A stretch of 64,000 nucleotides of DNA from Deltaproteobacteria bacterium (GTDB taxonomy: Bacteria; Desulfobacterota; GWC2-55-46; UBA9637). The stretch covers positions 4,194 through 68,193 of the forward strand of contig JACRML010000058.1 of assembly GCA_016214995.1 (NCBI GenBank), read 5' to 3'. Under the pieces are notes generated by a model. The model was not told the DNA's origin and ran no database searches. It was given only the letters and a program-made list of their open reading frames with translations. Shown here piece by piece: positions 20,104-28,204 of this stretch (positions within the stretch are counted from its first letter, which is position 1; each line of letters opens with the position of its first letter). Made by a program: the position numbers and the translations under genes.

Positions 20104-20205
20104 AGGTGGGCAGAAGAACAGGTTAAGCAAAGACAGGTTAAGTAAAGACAGGTTGAGGAAATACTTAACCTTAGCCTCAGCCTTAGCCTAAACCTAAACT
20201 TTAAC
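20104..20205. repeat. Tandem-degenerate inverted repeat downstream of aspA
   Basis: caggttaagcaaagacaggttaagtaaagacaggttgagg ... cttaaccttagcctcagccttagcctaaacctaaa. Confidence 0.75.
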
Positions 20206-20255
20206 ACGGCAAACTAATCAGAATAAAATTCCCTGAAATTCTATCGACGGCACAT

Positions 20256-21200
20256 ATGATGATTAAACGTTACAACTCCCTCTCTGATTTTCTAAAAAAT
20301 AAATTCGGCTGCAAGGTCTTCAAGGTCTCCTTAAATGCAGGCCTCACCTGCCCAAACAGGGACGGCACAAAAGGCAAAGGCGGATGTATTTATTGCAGCT
20401 CTGAACCGATGATGCCTTTGAATTACGATGATAAAATGGGGATACGAGAGCAGCTTTATCAGGGCATTGAATATATAAAACAAAGACATAATGCGGAAAA
20501 ATTTATAGCCTATTTCCAGATAAATACAAATACATATGCGCCTATTTCAAGCCTAAAAAAGTTTTACGAAGAAGCGTTAGACCATCCTGATGTTGTTGGT
20601 CTGGCTGTTTCAACAAGGTCTGATTGCGTGGATAATGAAGTTTTAGATTTGCTGGCAAAGCTTGCAAAAGAAAAATTCCTCTGGCTTGAAATGGGGCTTC
20701 AATCATCTCACAACAAAACCCTTGAACTAATAAACAGGTGTCATACTGCTGAGGATTTTGCCGATGCTGTAAAAATGGCTGACGAGAGAGGCATCCATGT
20801 ATGCGCCCATGTAATCCTCGGCCTTCCCGGAGAAACCAAAGAGGAGATGTTTTCAACAGCCCGCTTTCTGGCCAATCTTGATATATGGGGCATAAAACTG
20901 CATCACCTTCATATACACAAAGGCACGAAACTTGAAGAAATGTATAAGAGGCATGAAATTAAACCCCTTGGGCTCGAGGAATATTCGAATATGGTTGTAG
21001 ATTTTTTACAGGAGATTCCAGAGGATGTTATAATACACAGGCTTTGCGGCGATACAGCAAGAAGGTTTTTGATTGCCCCTGACTGGAGCGTGAATAAATT
21101 TATCATACTTGATAACATTCATAAAATCATGAAACAACGAAACACTTATCAGGGAATAAAAATGAGAGTGCATTGTGAACTGCAAACCGTTCACAGTTAA
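20256..21200 (+). CDS. TIGR01212-type radical SAM protein
   Basis: GLTCPNRDGTKGKGGCIYCSSEP; VSTRSDCVDNEVLDLL; WLEMGLQSSHNKTLELINR. Confidence 0.9.
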   Translation: MMIKRYNSLSDFLKNKFGCKVFKVSLNAGLTCPNRDGTKGKGGCIYCSSEPMMPLNYDDKMGIREQLYQGIEYIKQRHNAEKFIAYFQINTNTYAPISSLKKFYEEALDHPDVVGLAVSTRSDCVDNEVLDLLAKLAKEKFLWLEMGLQSSHNKTLELINRCHTAEDFADAVKMADERGIHVCAHVILGLPGETKEEMFSTARFLANLDIWGIKLHHLHIHKGTKLEEMYKRHEIKPLGLEEYSNMVVDFLQEIPEDVIIHRLCGDTARRFLIAPDWSVNKFIILDNIHKIMKQRNTYQGIKMRVHCELQTVHS

Positions 21201-21232
21201 CAGTTTACATATTATATCAAAGGAGGTTTTTC

Positions 21233-22303
21233 ATGTCTGATCCACGTGTAGAGAAGCTTGCAGATATTCTCATCAATTATTCGCTTAAGGTAACCAAGGG
21301 GGAACGGGTTCTGATAAACGCATCTTCAGAACTTGCAAAACCGCTTGTTCTGGAGGTGTATAAAAATGTTCTGAAGGCCGGCGGCCACCCAACGGTAAAT
21401 ATTGCATTTGAGGAGATGACAAATATCTTTTACAATCTGGCCGCAAAAGAGCAGCTTCTGGATTTTCCCAAGGCAAAGTTTTTTGAGGCAAAAGGCGTTG
21501 ACTGCGTTGTAAATATAAGGGCTGCGGCAAATAAAAAAGCTCTTTCCAATGTTGACTCAAAGGCAATCAGCATGCGTAGCAAGGTCTTGATGCCCATACA
21601 GGAAGAGATTGTCAACAGGAAGCGGTGGGTGCTTTGTAATTTTCCAACAAATGCCCTGGCACAGGAGACGGATATGTCTTTGGAGGAATATGAAGATTTT
21701 CTCTACGGCGCAACCAATATAGACTGGGAAAAGGTCAAAAAAGAGGAGATGAAACTTAAGCTGGTTCTGGATAAAGGAAAGATTGTAAGGATAGTTGGTA
21801 AGGACACGGATTTGACTATGAGCATTAAAGGGAGAAAGGCCATCCCATGTTTCGGAGAAAGGAATATGCCGGACGGCGAGGTGTTTTTGTCTCCTGTAGA
21901 AAATTCTGCTGAAGGTAAAATCTACTACGACCTGCCTGCTATATATCAGGGGAAAGAGGTTTTGGGGATTCATCTTAAATTCAAGAAAGGCAAGGTTGTT
22001 GAGGCATCGGCTGAAAAAAACGAAAAATTCCTTATTGCAATGCTGGATACAGACAAAGGGGGGCGGTATCTAGGCGAATTAGGCATTGGCACAAACTATG
22101 GCATAAGGCATTTTTCCAAGGATATTTTATTTGACGAAAAGATAGGCGGCACGGTTCATCTGGCTGTAGGCAGGTCGTATAAAGACGCCGGCGGCAAAAA
22201 TGAGTCTGCAATCCACTGGGATATGATAAAGGACTTGAGAAACGGCGGGGCGATTTATGTGGACGGAAGACTTATCCAGAAAAACGGGAGGTTTTGCTAT
22301 TAG
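21233..22303 (+). CDS. M29-family (thermophilic-type) aminopeptidase
   Basis: VEKLADILINYSLKVTKGERVLINA ... GIGTNYGIRHFSKDILFDEKIGGTVHLAVGRSY. Confidence 0.9.
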   Translation: MSDPRVEKLADILINYSLKVTKGERVLINASSELAKPLVLEVYKNVLKAGGHPTVNIAFEEMTNIFYNLAAKEQLLDFPKAKFFEAKGVDCVVNIRAAANKKALSNVDSKAISMRSKVLMPIQEEIVNRKRWVLCNFPTNALAQETDMSLEEYEDFLYGATNIDWEKVKKEEMKLKLVLDKGKIVRIVGKDTDLTMSIKGRKAIPCFGERNMPDGEVFLSPVENSAEGKIYYDLPAIYQGKEVLGIHLKFKKGKVVEASAEKNEKFLIAMLDTDKGGRYLGELGIGTNYGIRHFSKDILFDEKIGGTVHLAVGRSYKDAGGKNESAIHWDMIKDLRNGGAIYVDGRLIQKNGRFCY

Positions 22304-22667
22304 TAAAATCGCCAACCTCAGTTACAGCTTTCACAATGTCCATGGGCTTAAAGGGTTTCAACAGATACTTAACTCCTGTCTCATTTAAAAACATAAATGT
22401 TTCCATATCGTCATTTCCCGTTATAAACAATACCCTCTGTTTCATGGACGGTATCTTTTCTATGAGTTTCCTATAAAATTCTATTCCGCTCATTACAGGC
22501 ATATCAATATCGCTTATTATGATGTCGTATTCCCTGCTATATGCCATCTTCAATCCTCCCGCACCATTGCTGGCAGCATCAACCTCATAACCCTCTTTGC
22601 AGAATATGATTGCAAGAAGTTCAAGGATAATATGCTCGTCATCTATTATAAGAATACGCCTTCCCAT
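22272..22667 (-). CDS. Stand-alone response regulator receiver domain
   Basis: RRILIIDDEHIILELLAIIF ... IIISDIDMPVMSG ... YLLKPFKPMDIVKAV. Confidence 0.92.
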   Translation of the reverse strand: MGRRILIIDDEHIILELLAIIFCKEGYEVDAASNGAGGLKMAYSREYDIIISDIDMPVMSGIEFYRKLIEKIPSMKQRVLFITGNDDMETFMFLNETGVKYLLKPFKPMDIVKAVTEVGDFTNSKTSRFSG

Positions 22668-22735
22668 TATGATATTACCTCCTGCAAACAGGTTGTGATT
22701 TCAAATATTCTTTTCTTTACCCCCGACCCACCCCT

Positions 22736-22885
22736 TTATCCCCTCCCTGGAGGGGAAGGGGGTGGGTCATTGCCTTCATCGGACTTTGAGAATATAAAAC
22801 CGCAATGGGGGCATGGGTTTGGCTCATAAGGGGCTGCAGTCCATGAGTGATTCTTGCATTTTGGGCATATCATCTTTTCTGCCAT
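22736..22885 (-). CDS. Small double-CxxC zinc-ribbon protein (49 aa)
   Basis: Manual translation MAEKMICPKCKNHSWTAAPYEPNPCPHCGFIFSKSDEGNDPPPSPPGRG*; start lies 2 nt after the stop of the upstream gene (translationally coupled). Confidence 0.6.
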   Translation of the reverse strand: MAEKMICPKCKNHSWTAAPYEPNPCPHCGFIFSKSDEGNDPPPSPPGRG

Positions 22886-22886
22886 C

Positions 22887-23198
22887 TTATTCGCCTTTTA
22901 CCGCCTTTAGCCCCGAAGGTCTCTTGAGCTTGAATTTCAGTTCGCCGTGCGGCCATTCTTCAAACTTTTCAAATGAAGCAAGTCCGTATCTTTCAAGGGA
23001 AGCCATACTTGATTTAAGCTTCCTGAGCGCCGTCAATCTCCTCCCTATCTTTTCTATTTCTCTAAAGTTTATTTTGCACGAGACATCAATATCGTCCGCG
23101 CTTGCAAGGAGCAGTATGTATAGCTTTAACTCTCCATTTGACAGGAGATGGAAAAAATTTGAGCCGCTGAGATATCGCAAGAGTTCCACCTTGTCCAT
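22887..23198 (-). CDS. Hypothetical, wHTH-like (replication-initiator/helix-turn-helix pattern)
   Basis: LLSNGELKLYILLLASADD ... KIGRRLTALRKLKSSMASLERYGLA. Confidence 0.5.
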   Translation of the reverse strand: MDKVELLRYLSGSNFFHLLSNGELKLYILLLASADDIDVSCKINFREIEKIGRRLTALRKLKSSMASLERYGLASFEKFEEWPHGELKFKLKRPSGLKAVKGE

Positions 23199-23373
23199 AA
23201 ATGCAGTTTCCCCTTTTTTACTCTGATAAAAACTGCCTGATTACACTCAACGAGCCGCAGAATTGGTTATCAAAATAGGATAAATAATCTAGATTGTCAA
23301 GTAAAAAAGGATAATATGAATTGGAATTCATTTGAGTTGACAATATATAAGAAAGGGGATATTTTAAGTTCCT

Positions 23374-23799
23374 ATGGCGATACAAGAAAAGATAGGTAAA
23401 AGACTGCGGGAGATAAGGTTTTCTAAAGGGCTTACCCAGAAGACTATGGCTCAAATGGCAGGGGTAGACTACACATACATAGGAAAAATAGAACGCGCTG
23501 AACAACTTCCATCCCTCGGGGTTCTTATAAAGATATCTGAAGCTCTTTCGTTGCCGCTTGACCGTTTCATTATGGATGAGTCAACCTTGAGGTTGATTAA
23601 TCTCCTGCCCGGAGAGGGTTACAGAGTCGTTCGGAAAAAAGAAATCTGGGATCTCTTGAAAGCGCTGGAAAATATCCACGAGGAAGATATCCCTCTTCTC
23701 ATAGAGATAGTCAGTGTCCTGAAAAAGCATCGGGAGAAAAGGGGGAGGCTGCCCATGGTAGCTGAACTACCTGAAGCATACAGGAAACGGAAGAAGTAA
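23374..23799 (+). CDS. XRE-family HTH transcriptional regulator
   Basis: IGKRLREIRFSKGLTQKTMAQMAGVDYTYIGKIERAEQLPSLGVLIKISEALS. Confidence 0.92.
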   Translation: MAIQEKIGKRLREIRFSKGLTQKTMAQMAGVDYTYIGKIERAEQLPSLGVLIKISEALSLPLDRFIMDESTLRLINLLPGEGYRVVRKKEIWDLLKALENIHEEDIPLLIEIVSVLKKHREKRGRLPMVAELPEAYRKRKK

Positions 23800-23817
23800 G
23801 AAACCACAGATAATTTA

Positions 23818-24094
23818 CCCAAAAATAGACATTGATTTTTGGGGAAACCTGCAAGTTGCCTGCCAGACAACACACCCCTAAATCCCCTCTCGAGAGGGGA
23901 CTAAAGGGGTGTGTTATTTACGACGAGCCCTCCCCCTTTATCCCCCTCATGGAGGGGGACAGGGGAGGATACGGTGAGGAGTAAAAATTGGCCGATAACG
24001 AAGTATGGCAGGCAAATCGGCTGGCTCCACTTGCTGCGAAGCAATTGCAAGTGGAAGATGTAAAATAGCGAGTGTTTCAATCGCTATTTTACGG
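23818..24094. repeat. Mosaic repeat family 1, copy B (two internal GC-rich palindromes)
   Basis: cccaaaaatagacattgatttttgggg ... aacacacccctaaatcccctctcgagaggggactaaaggggtgtgtt ... ctccccctttatccccctcatggagggggacaggggag ... taaaatagcga...tcgctattttacgg. Confidence 0.95.
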
Positions 24095-24103
24095 TTTAAA
24101 ACA

Positions 24104-25450
24104 ATGAATAATAGCTATGATGTTATCATAGCAGGCGCTGGACCTGCGGGCATCTTTGCAGCGCTTGAGCTCCTTTCTGCCAAAAAGAACCTCAAGATTC
24201 TTCTTTTGGAAAAAGGCGAAGATCTGCCTGACAGAAAATCTAATGATATATTTCAGGGCTGGGGCGGGGCAGGCACATTCAGCGATGGGAAGCTCAATCT
24301 TTCTACCGGTGTCGGAGGGTTTTTAAATGAATATATCGGGGAAGATGAGCTTGAATCCCTTATAGATTATGTTGACAGGATATTTTTAAAATATGGCGCA
24401 CCTGCTGAACTCCACGGCACAGACGAGGAAGAGGTAAAGAGGCTGGAGGAGATTTCTGCAAGAAACGGGCTTAAGCTTGTGCCGTTTAAGATAAGACATC
24501 TTGGCACAGACAGATGTTTCTCGCTTTTAAAAAATTTAAGGGAAGAGGTAAATGCAAAAATTGATATTCAATTCAACGCCGAGGCAGTTGAGATATGTAA
24601 GCAAGACCATAAAGCGGCCGGCGTCAAAACCAGCGATGGCAGAGAGTTTCTTGGAGATTTTGTAATCCTTGCCCCGGGCAGAAGCGGCTCCCACTGGCTG
24701 AGCGAAGAATCAAAAAGGCTCGGCCTTTCCACAGGCAATAACCCTGTTGATATCGGCGTAAGGGTTGAGGTGGCTGCCTCCATCATGAGACCGATAACAG
24801 ATGTGATGCACGAGGCAAAACTTTTATTTTACTCCAAACGGTTTGACGATTTGGTAAGGACATTCTGCATGAACCCTTACGGCGTTGTGGTAAAAGAAAA
24901 ACACAAAGACTTCTGCACAGTGAACGGCCACAGCTTTTCTACAAAAAAGACCAATAATACAAACTTTGCAATTCTTGCCTCTACAACATTTACAGAGCCA
25001 TTCCATGAACCGATCGCCTACGGCCAGTATATTGCAAAACTCGTCAATCTCCTCGGCGAAGGCATTATCGTTCAGAGACTCGGAGACCTGCTGCAAGGCA
25101 GAAGGTCTACTCCTGACAGGATAAAAAAGGGGAGCGTTAAGCCAACATTGGCAGATGCGACACCCGGCGACCTTTCCTTTGCAATCCCATACCGATATAT
25201 AGCAGATATACTTGAAATGCTGGAGGCGCTGGATAAGGTTGCACCCGGCGTATATTCTACATCTACCCTCCTCTATGGCGCAGAGGTAAAATTCTATTCA
25301 ATGAGGCTCAAGCTTACAAACAATCTTGAAACAGAGATTAAAAACCTGTTTGCAGCAGGCGACGGCGCAGGAATCACAAGAGGCATTATCCATGCAGCAG
25401 TGTCCGGGGTGGTGGCGGCGAGGGAGATTCTGAAAAGAATTGGAAAATGA
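24104..25450 (+). CDS. NAD(P)/FAD-dependent oxidoreductase (uncharacterised FAD-utilising dehydrogenase type)
   Basis: YDVIIAGAGPAGIFAALELL Rossmann motif; AAGDGAGITRGIIHAAVSGVVAAREI; ORF track start (24005) lies inside repeat B. Confidence 0.88.
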   Translation: MNNSYDVIIAGAGPAGIFAALELLSAKKNLKILLLEKGEDLPDRKSNDIFQGWGGAGTFSDGKLNLSTGVGGFLNEYIGEDELESLIDYVDRIFLKYGAPAELHGTDEEEVKRLEEISARNGLKLVPFKIRHLGTDRCFSLLKNLREEVNAKIDIQFNAEAVEICKQDHKAAGVKTSDGREFLGDFVILAPGRSGSHWLSEESKRLGLSTGNNPVDIGVRVEVAASIMRPITDVMHEAKLLFYSKRFDDLVRTFCMNPYGVVVKEKHKDFCTVNGHSFSTKKTNNTNFAILASTTFTEPFHEPIAYGQYIAKLVNLLGEGIIVQRLGDLLQGRRSTPDRIKKGSVKPTLADATPGDLSFAIPYRYIADILEMLEALDKVAPGVYSTSTLLYGAEVKFYSMRLKLTNNLETEIKNLFAAGDGAGITRGIIHAAVSGVVAAREILKRIGK

Positions 25451-25553
25451 GCAACTGATTGAAGATATATGGCTATTGCTTGACTTGTGCCATGCAATTA
25501 GAGAAAACTTGTTAAATATATAGTTAGCCCGCTTCAGATGTTTCAAATATGCA

Positions 25554-26111
25554 ATGAGAGCCACTGACCCCATACGCACCAAGTTCCGCGAAGCCAAATA
25601 CCATTTGGAACGACTCACAGACATCGAGAAGATGAAGGAGTTTTACCCGACGGTAAATGCCTTTCTATCTGCTGCTCGAAGCGTCCTGTCGGTGGCGTGT
25701 CACGAATTGGGCTGGAAAGAAAGACTTTCTTGCTATCGTACAGGGTTTACGACAAATCAGGAAGGCGAACGCAAGCAATACGATGCATGGTTTGAATCAT
25801 CAACTGAGGCAAAGGCGGTTCTTGATCATCCACTTGCTAAAGAGCGGCACGTCGTCATTCACCGCAGTGGTCGAGCTGGTTTCTTCCATGTCCCGAAACC
25901 AATCGGTGGTTTGGCAATCGCCGAGGGAGATGCCCATGGTCCGGGTCTCGTTATTCGTAGAGGACGTGCAACACTTCCTCTCGAAGACAGCAATCTCTTC
26001 TTCTATGAAGACCCCTGTGGCACAAGGCATGGCGCAGTCGCATATTGCATGGAGTATTTCCAACTGATCGAAGCGTTCTTTCGCGAGGTGAAGCAACCAC
26101 CATGGCGATAA
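25554..26111 (+). CDS. Hypothetical protein, possible integron-cassette cargo
   Basis: 185-aa ORF, stop 14 nt before an attC-like palindrome; composition differs from neighbours. Confidence 0.6.
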   Translation: MRATDPIRTKFREAKYHLERLTDIEKMKEFYPTVNAFLSAARSVLSVACHELGWKERLSCYRTGFTTNQEGERKQYDAWFESSTEAKAVLDHPLAKERHVVIHRSGRAGFFHVPKPIGGLAIAEGDAHGPGLVIRRGRATLPLEDSNLFFYEDPCGTRHGAVAYCMEYFQLIEAFFREVKQPPWR

Positions 26112-26124
26112 TCTGAGAAAGCGG

Positions 26125-26188
26125 GCTGACAACGGCGTGCAACAGACTGGCCTGCGGCCTCGGCCAGCCGCTGACGCCGACCGTTAGG
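26125..26188. other. attC-like recombination site (imperfect palindrome)
   Basis: GCTGACAACGGCGTgcaacagaCTGGCCtgcggcctcGGCCAGccgctgACGCCGaccGTTAGG; arms AACGGCGT/ACGCCG..GTT and CTGGCC/GGCCAG; 5' GTTAGCCCGCTT at 25523 mirrored by AAGCGGGCT at 26119. Confidence 0.5.
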
Positions 26189-26304
26189 ACTTAGAGGAAC
26201 GAGGGTAACAGGCCGTACTTTCTTGCCATTACGAAATATATTGACCTCATTGCACGTCCACTTCGCATAGTATTTGTCAGAAAATGCAAATGCATTTTCT
26301 TGGA

Positions 26305-26607
26305 TTAGCAGCACTCTCCTGCAGTATCCCCGCACCCGCAGGAAGGCTTGCCTCCGGTAACCATGCCGTTTATGATCGCGGCTGCGCAGCCCACGCCGGC
26401 ATTCACAGCTATGGCCCCGAAGGCGCAGTTTCTCGCGCATGCGCCGCATTCCATGCACCTGTCCTTATCGCTTAATGCAGCCTTTTTGCCGCTCATAACA
26501 AAGACCGCATGAGGACACACCTCAACGCACCTTTCGCAGCCGGTGCATGCATCCGGAAAAAACCCAAGGCTTGTCACATTGGTAAGATATTTCATAAAAT
26601 ACCCCAC
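26305..26607 (-). CDS. hgcB: HgcB, 2[4Fe-4S] ferredoxin required for mercury methylation
   Basis: CTGCERCVEVCP ... CMECGACARNCAFGAIAVNAGVGC ... C-terminal vicinal cysteines GECC; directly downstream of and overlapping hgcA. Confidence 0.93.
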   Translation of the reverse strand: MGYFMKYLTNVTSLGFFPDACTGCERCVEVCPHAVFVMSGKKAALSDKDRCMECGACARNCAFGAIAVNAGVGCAAAIINGMVTGGKPSCGCGDTAGECC

Positions 26608-27653
26608 TCTTTCAGTTTGAAAAAGACCAGCAAGACAAAGGAAATAAAAGCGCCTGACATATAGATCGGCAAGGCGAACCTGAGTTCCTTTTTAACGCCG
26701 GACATGCCGGTAAAAACGGTTGAACCTGTAAATTGCAGGGCAATATACGAGCTTGCCAGCGGAAAGAATAAAAATGAAAAAACAGCGGCAGGCGCGGCAA
26801 TGGAAATATTTTGTATGCCAAGAAAGGTGAAAACGAGCCCGGCAATCCAGCCTTTAACGGCAAATGACCTGAACGGCACAAAAGGAAGCAGCAGCGGCGT
26901 AACCAATGCGCCTGTCAGAACCGCCAAAAATCCGAGAAAGATAAACGGCAGTCCGTTTGCCAGGCCATCTTTGAATATGATTCCCGACGGCTTCAGGCCC
27001 ATGATGAAAAATATGAGCGCCGCATAAATCGCGTATATTTTAATGGCCGGGATCATCTCCATAGGCGTAAGAACCAGCCTGTCCCACACGGTGAACTTAA
27101 CCCTGCGCATTTCTTCTGTCGTCTGATACCCTGCTTCAACATAGCGCCGGATATCCCGCGCGTCAACAGGGCCGTAATAAACCCTGAATCCGGTTTTTTG
27201 TTGAACAATATGGGCCGCAATCCCCGGCGCACCCAATTGCGGCGCGATAATTCTTTTATGGCTCACAACATTTTCCAATTGCGACGCGCCAATCCGTTTT
27301 ATGAGTTCATCCGTGCCGAATGTGCCTTTGCCTGCCGCGCACCAGACATTGATGCCTTTTGTGTCCAGCACGAGAATCCAGACATTCATCCCCTTTAAAG
27401 AGCGCCTCAAGATATCAAAGCTCATTTTATAATTGGCGCTCACAAACACATCGGAATTTTTATCGGGATTGCCCGCAGTGTAGAGGCCGGGCTTAACCGC
27501 ATATCTCATGCGCAGTCCGCTTATCCTGCATCTGAAGTGATCCAGATATTCCCGAAGAGTCCAATCGGACGATACTGCTGCGGCTAAAGGCGCTGTAGCA
27601 GCATTCTTTGCGCAGCAGGGAGATGACATCTTCTTTGCTTCTGATTTCAGCAT
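26592..27653 (-). CDS. hgcA: HgcA, corrinoid methyltransferase of mercury methylation
   Basis: Cap-helix signature GINVWCAAGKG, SHKRIIAPQLGAPGIAAHIVQQKTGFRVYYGPVDARDI, C-terminal multi-TM domain. Confidence 0.95.
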   Translation of the reverse strand: MLKSEAKKMSSPCCAKNAATAPLAAAVSSDWTLREYLDHFRCRISGLRMRYAVKPGLYTAGNPDKNSDVFVSANYKMSFDILRRSLKGMNVWILVLDTKGINVWCAAGKGTFGTDELIKRIGASQLENVVSHKRIIAPQLGAPGIAAHIVQQKTGFRVYYGPVDARDIRRYVEAGYQTTEEMRRVKFTVWDRLVLTPMEMIPAIKIYAIYAALIFFIMGLKPSGIIFKDGLANGLPFIFLGFLAVLTGALVTPLLLPFVPFRSFAVKGWIAGLVFTFLGIQNISIAAPAAVFSFLFFPLASSYIALQFTGSTVFTGMSGVKKELRFALPIYMSGAFISFVLLVFFKLKEWGIL

Positions 27654-27722
27654 GTTCAGTTCAACCTCCTAAAAAACTTTTGTGCTGTCAGGAGTTGCCC
27701 CCTGACGGCAAGCAGCGCCGCC

Positions 27723-27974
27723 TTAACCACAGCCGCACCCTTTTTCCAATGCGCCTGCGTTCGCTTCGGCCGGCTTGAATACAGTTGAACCGAACTGATC
27801 CATCTTGGTCATTGCGCCCTTTCTTACCATCTTCGCTATTGTAATTGCCTCTCCAATCTCCTGCTCACCTGCCCCATTTTCTTTCGCCTTACCGACATGG
27901 TAGCTTAAACAGGGCTGGCAATTTGCCGTAACTGATGCGCCGACTGCTATCAGTTCTTTGATTCTGTTATCCAT
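27723..27974 (-). CDS. Carboxymuconolactone decarboxylase/AhpD-like small protein with CGCG tail
   Basis: IKELIAVGASVTANCQPCLSYHVGKAKENGAGEQEIGEAI; CxxC in AhpD-like position. Confidence 0.85.
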   Translation of the reverse strand: MDNRIKELIAVGASVTANCQPCLSYHVGKAKENGAGEQEIGEAITIAKMVRKGAMTKMDQFGSTVFKPAEANAGALEKGCGCG

Positions 27975-27976
27975 AA

Positions 27977-28138
27977 TTAGCCTCCTTCATCATCTTTCTT
28001 ATACAGATTATCTGTATTCTGCATATTATGTCTTCCCATCATACAACCCATTCTTCTCATCATGAGGAAACACAAAATGAGCATAGCAACAGGAAATATC
28101 CACCAGAATCCATATCCAATCCCTCCGCATGTAAACAT
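27977..28138 (-). CDS. Small Cys/Met-rich membrane peptide (53 aa)
   Basis: Manual translation MFTCGGIGYGFWWIFPVAMLILCFLMMRRMGCMMGRHNMQNTDNLYKKDDEGG*; GGAGG-like RBS context and tight spacing to the CMD gene. Confidence 0.55.
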   Translation of the reverse strand: MFTCGGIGYGFWWIFPVAMLILCFLMMRRMGCMMGRHNMQNTDNLYKKDDEGG

Positions 28139-28204
28139 GGCGCATCACTTCCTTTCTAATCTTATAGACGGAGGTCAGTCAGAAAAGGATACACCTACTT
28201 CTTC

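Noticed and set aside
24005-24103. N-terminal extension of the FAD oxidoreductase ORF (MAGKSAGSTCCEAIASGRCKIASVSIAILRFK)
   Set aside because: Encoded entirely by mosaic repeat B (same peptide pattern MAAKSAGSTHCEAIASGRCKIARFK appears at copy D); true start is MNNSYDVIIAG at 24104.
26003-26458. Minus-strand 151-aa ORF overlapping the cassette gene and hgcB
   Set aside because: Cys/Arg-rich shadow frame of hgcB and the GC-rich attC-like region; hgcB frame has clear ferredoxin motifs.
27684-27705. gtcaggagttgccccctgac hairpin between hgcA and the CMD gene, considered as a riboswitch or terminator
   Set aside because: Too short for a riboswitch and lacks a U tract on the coding strand; noted only.
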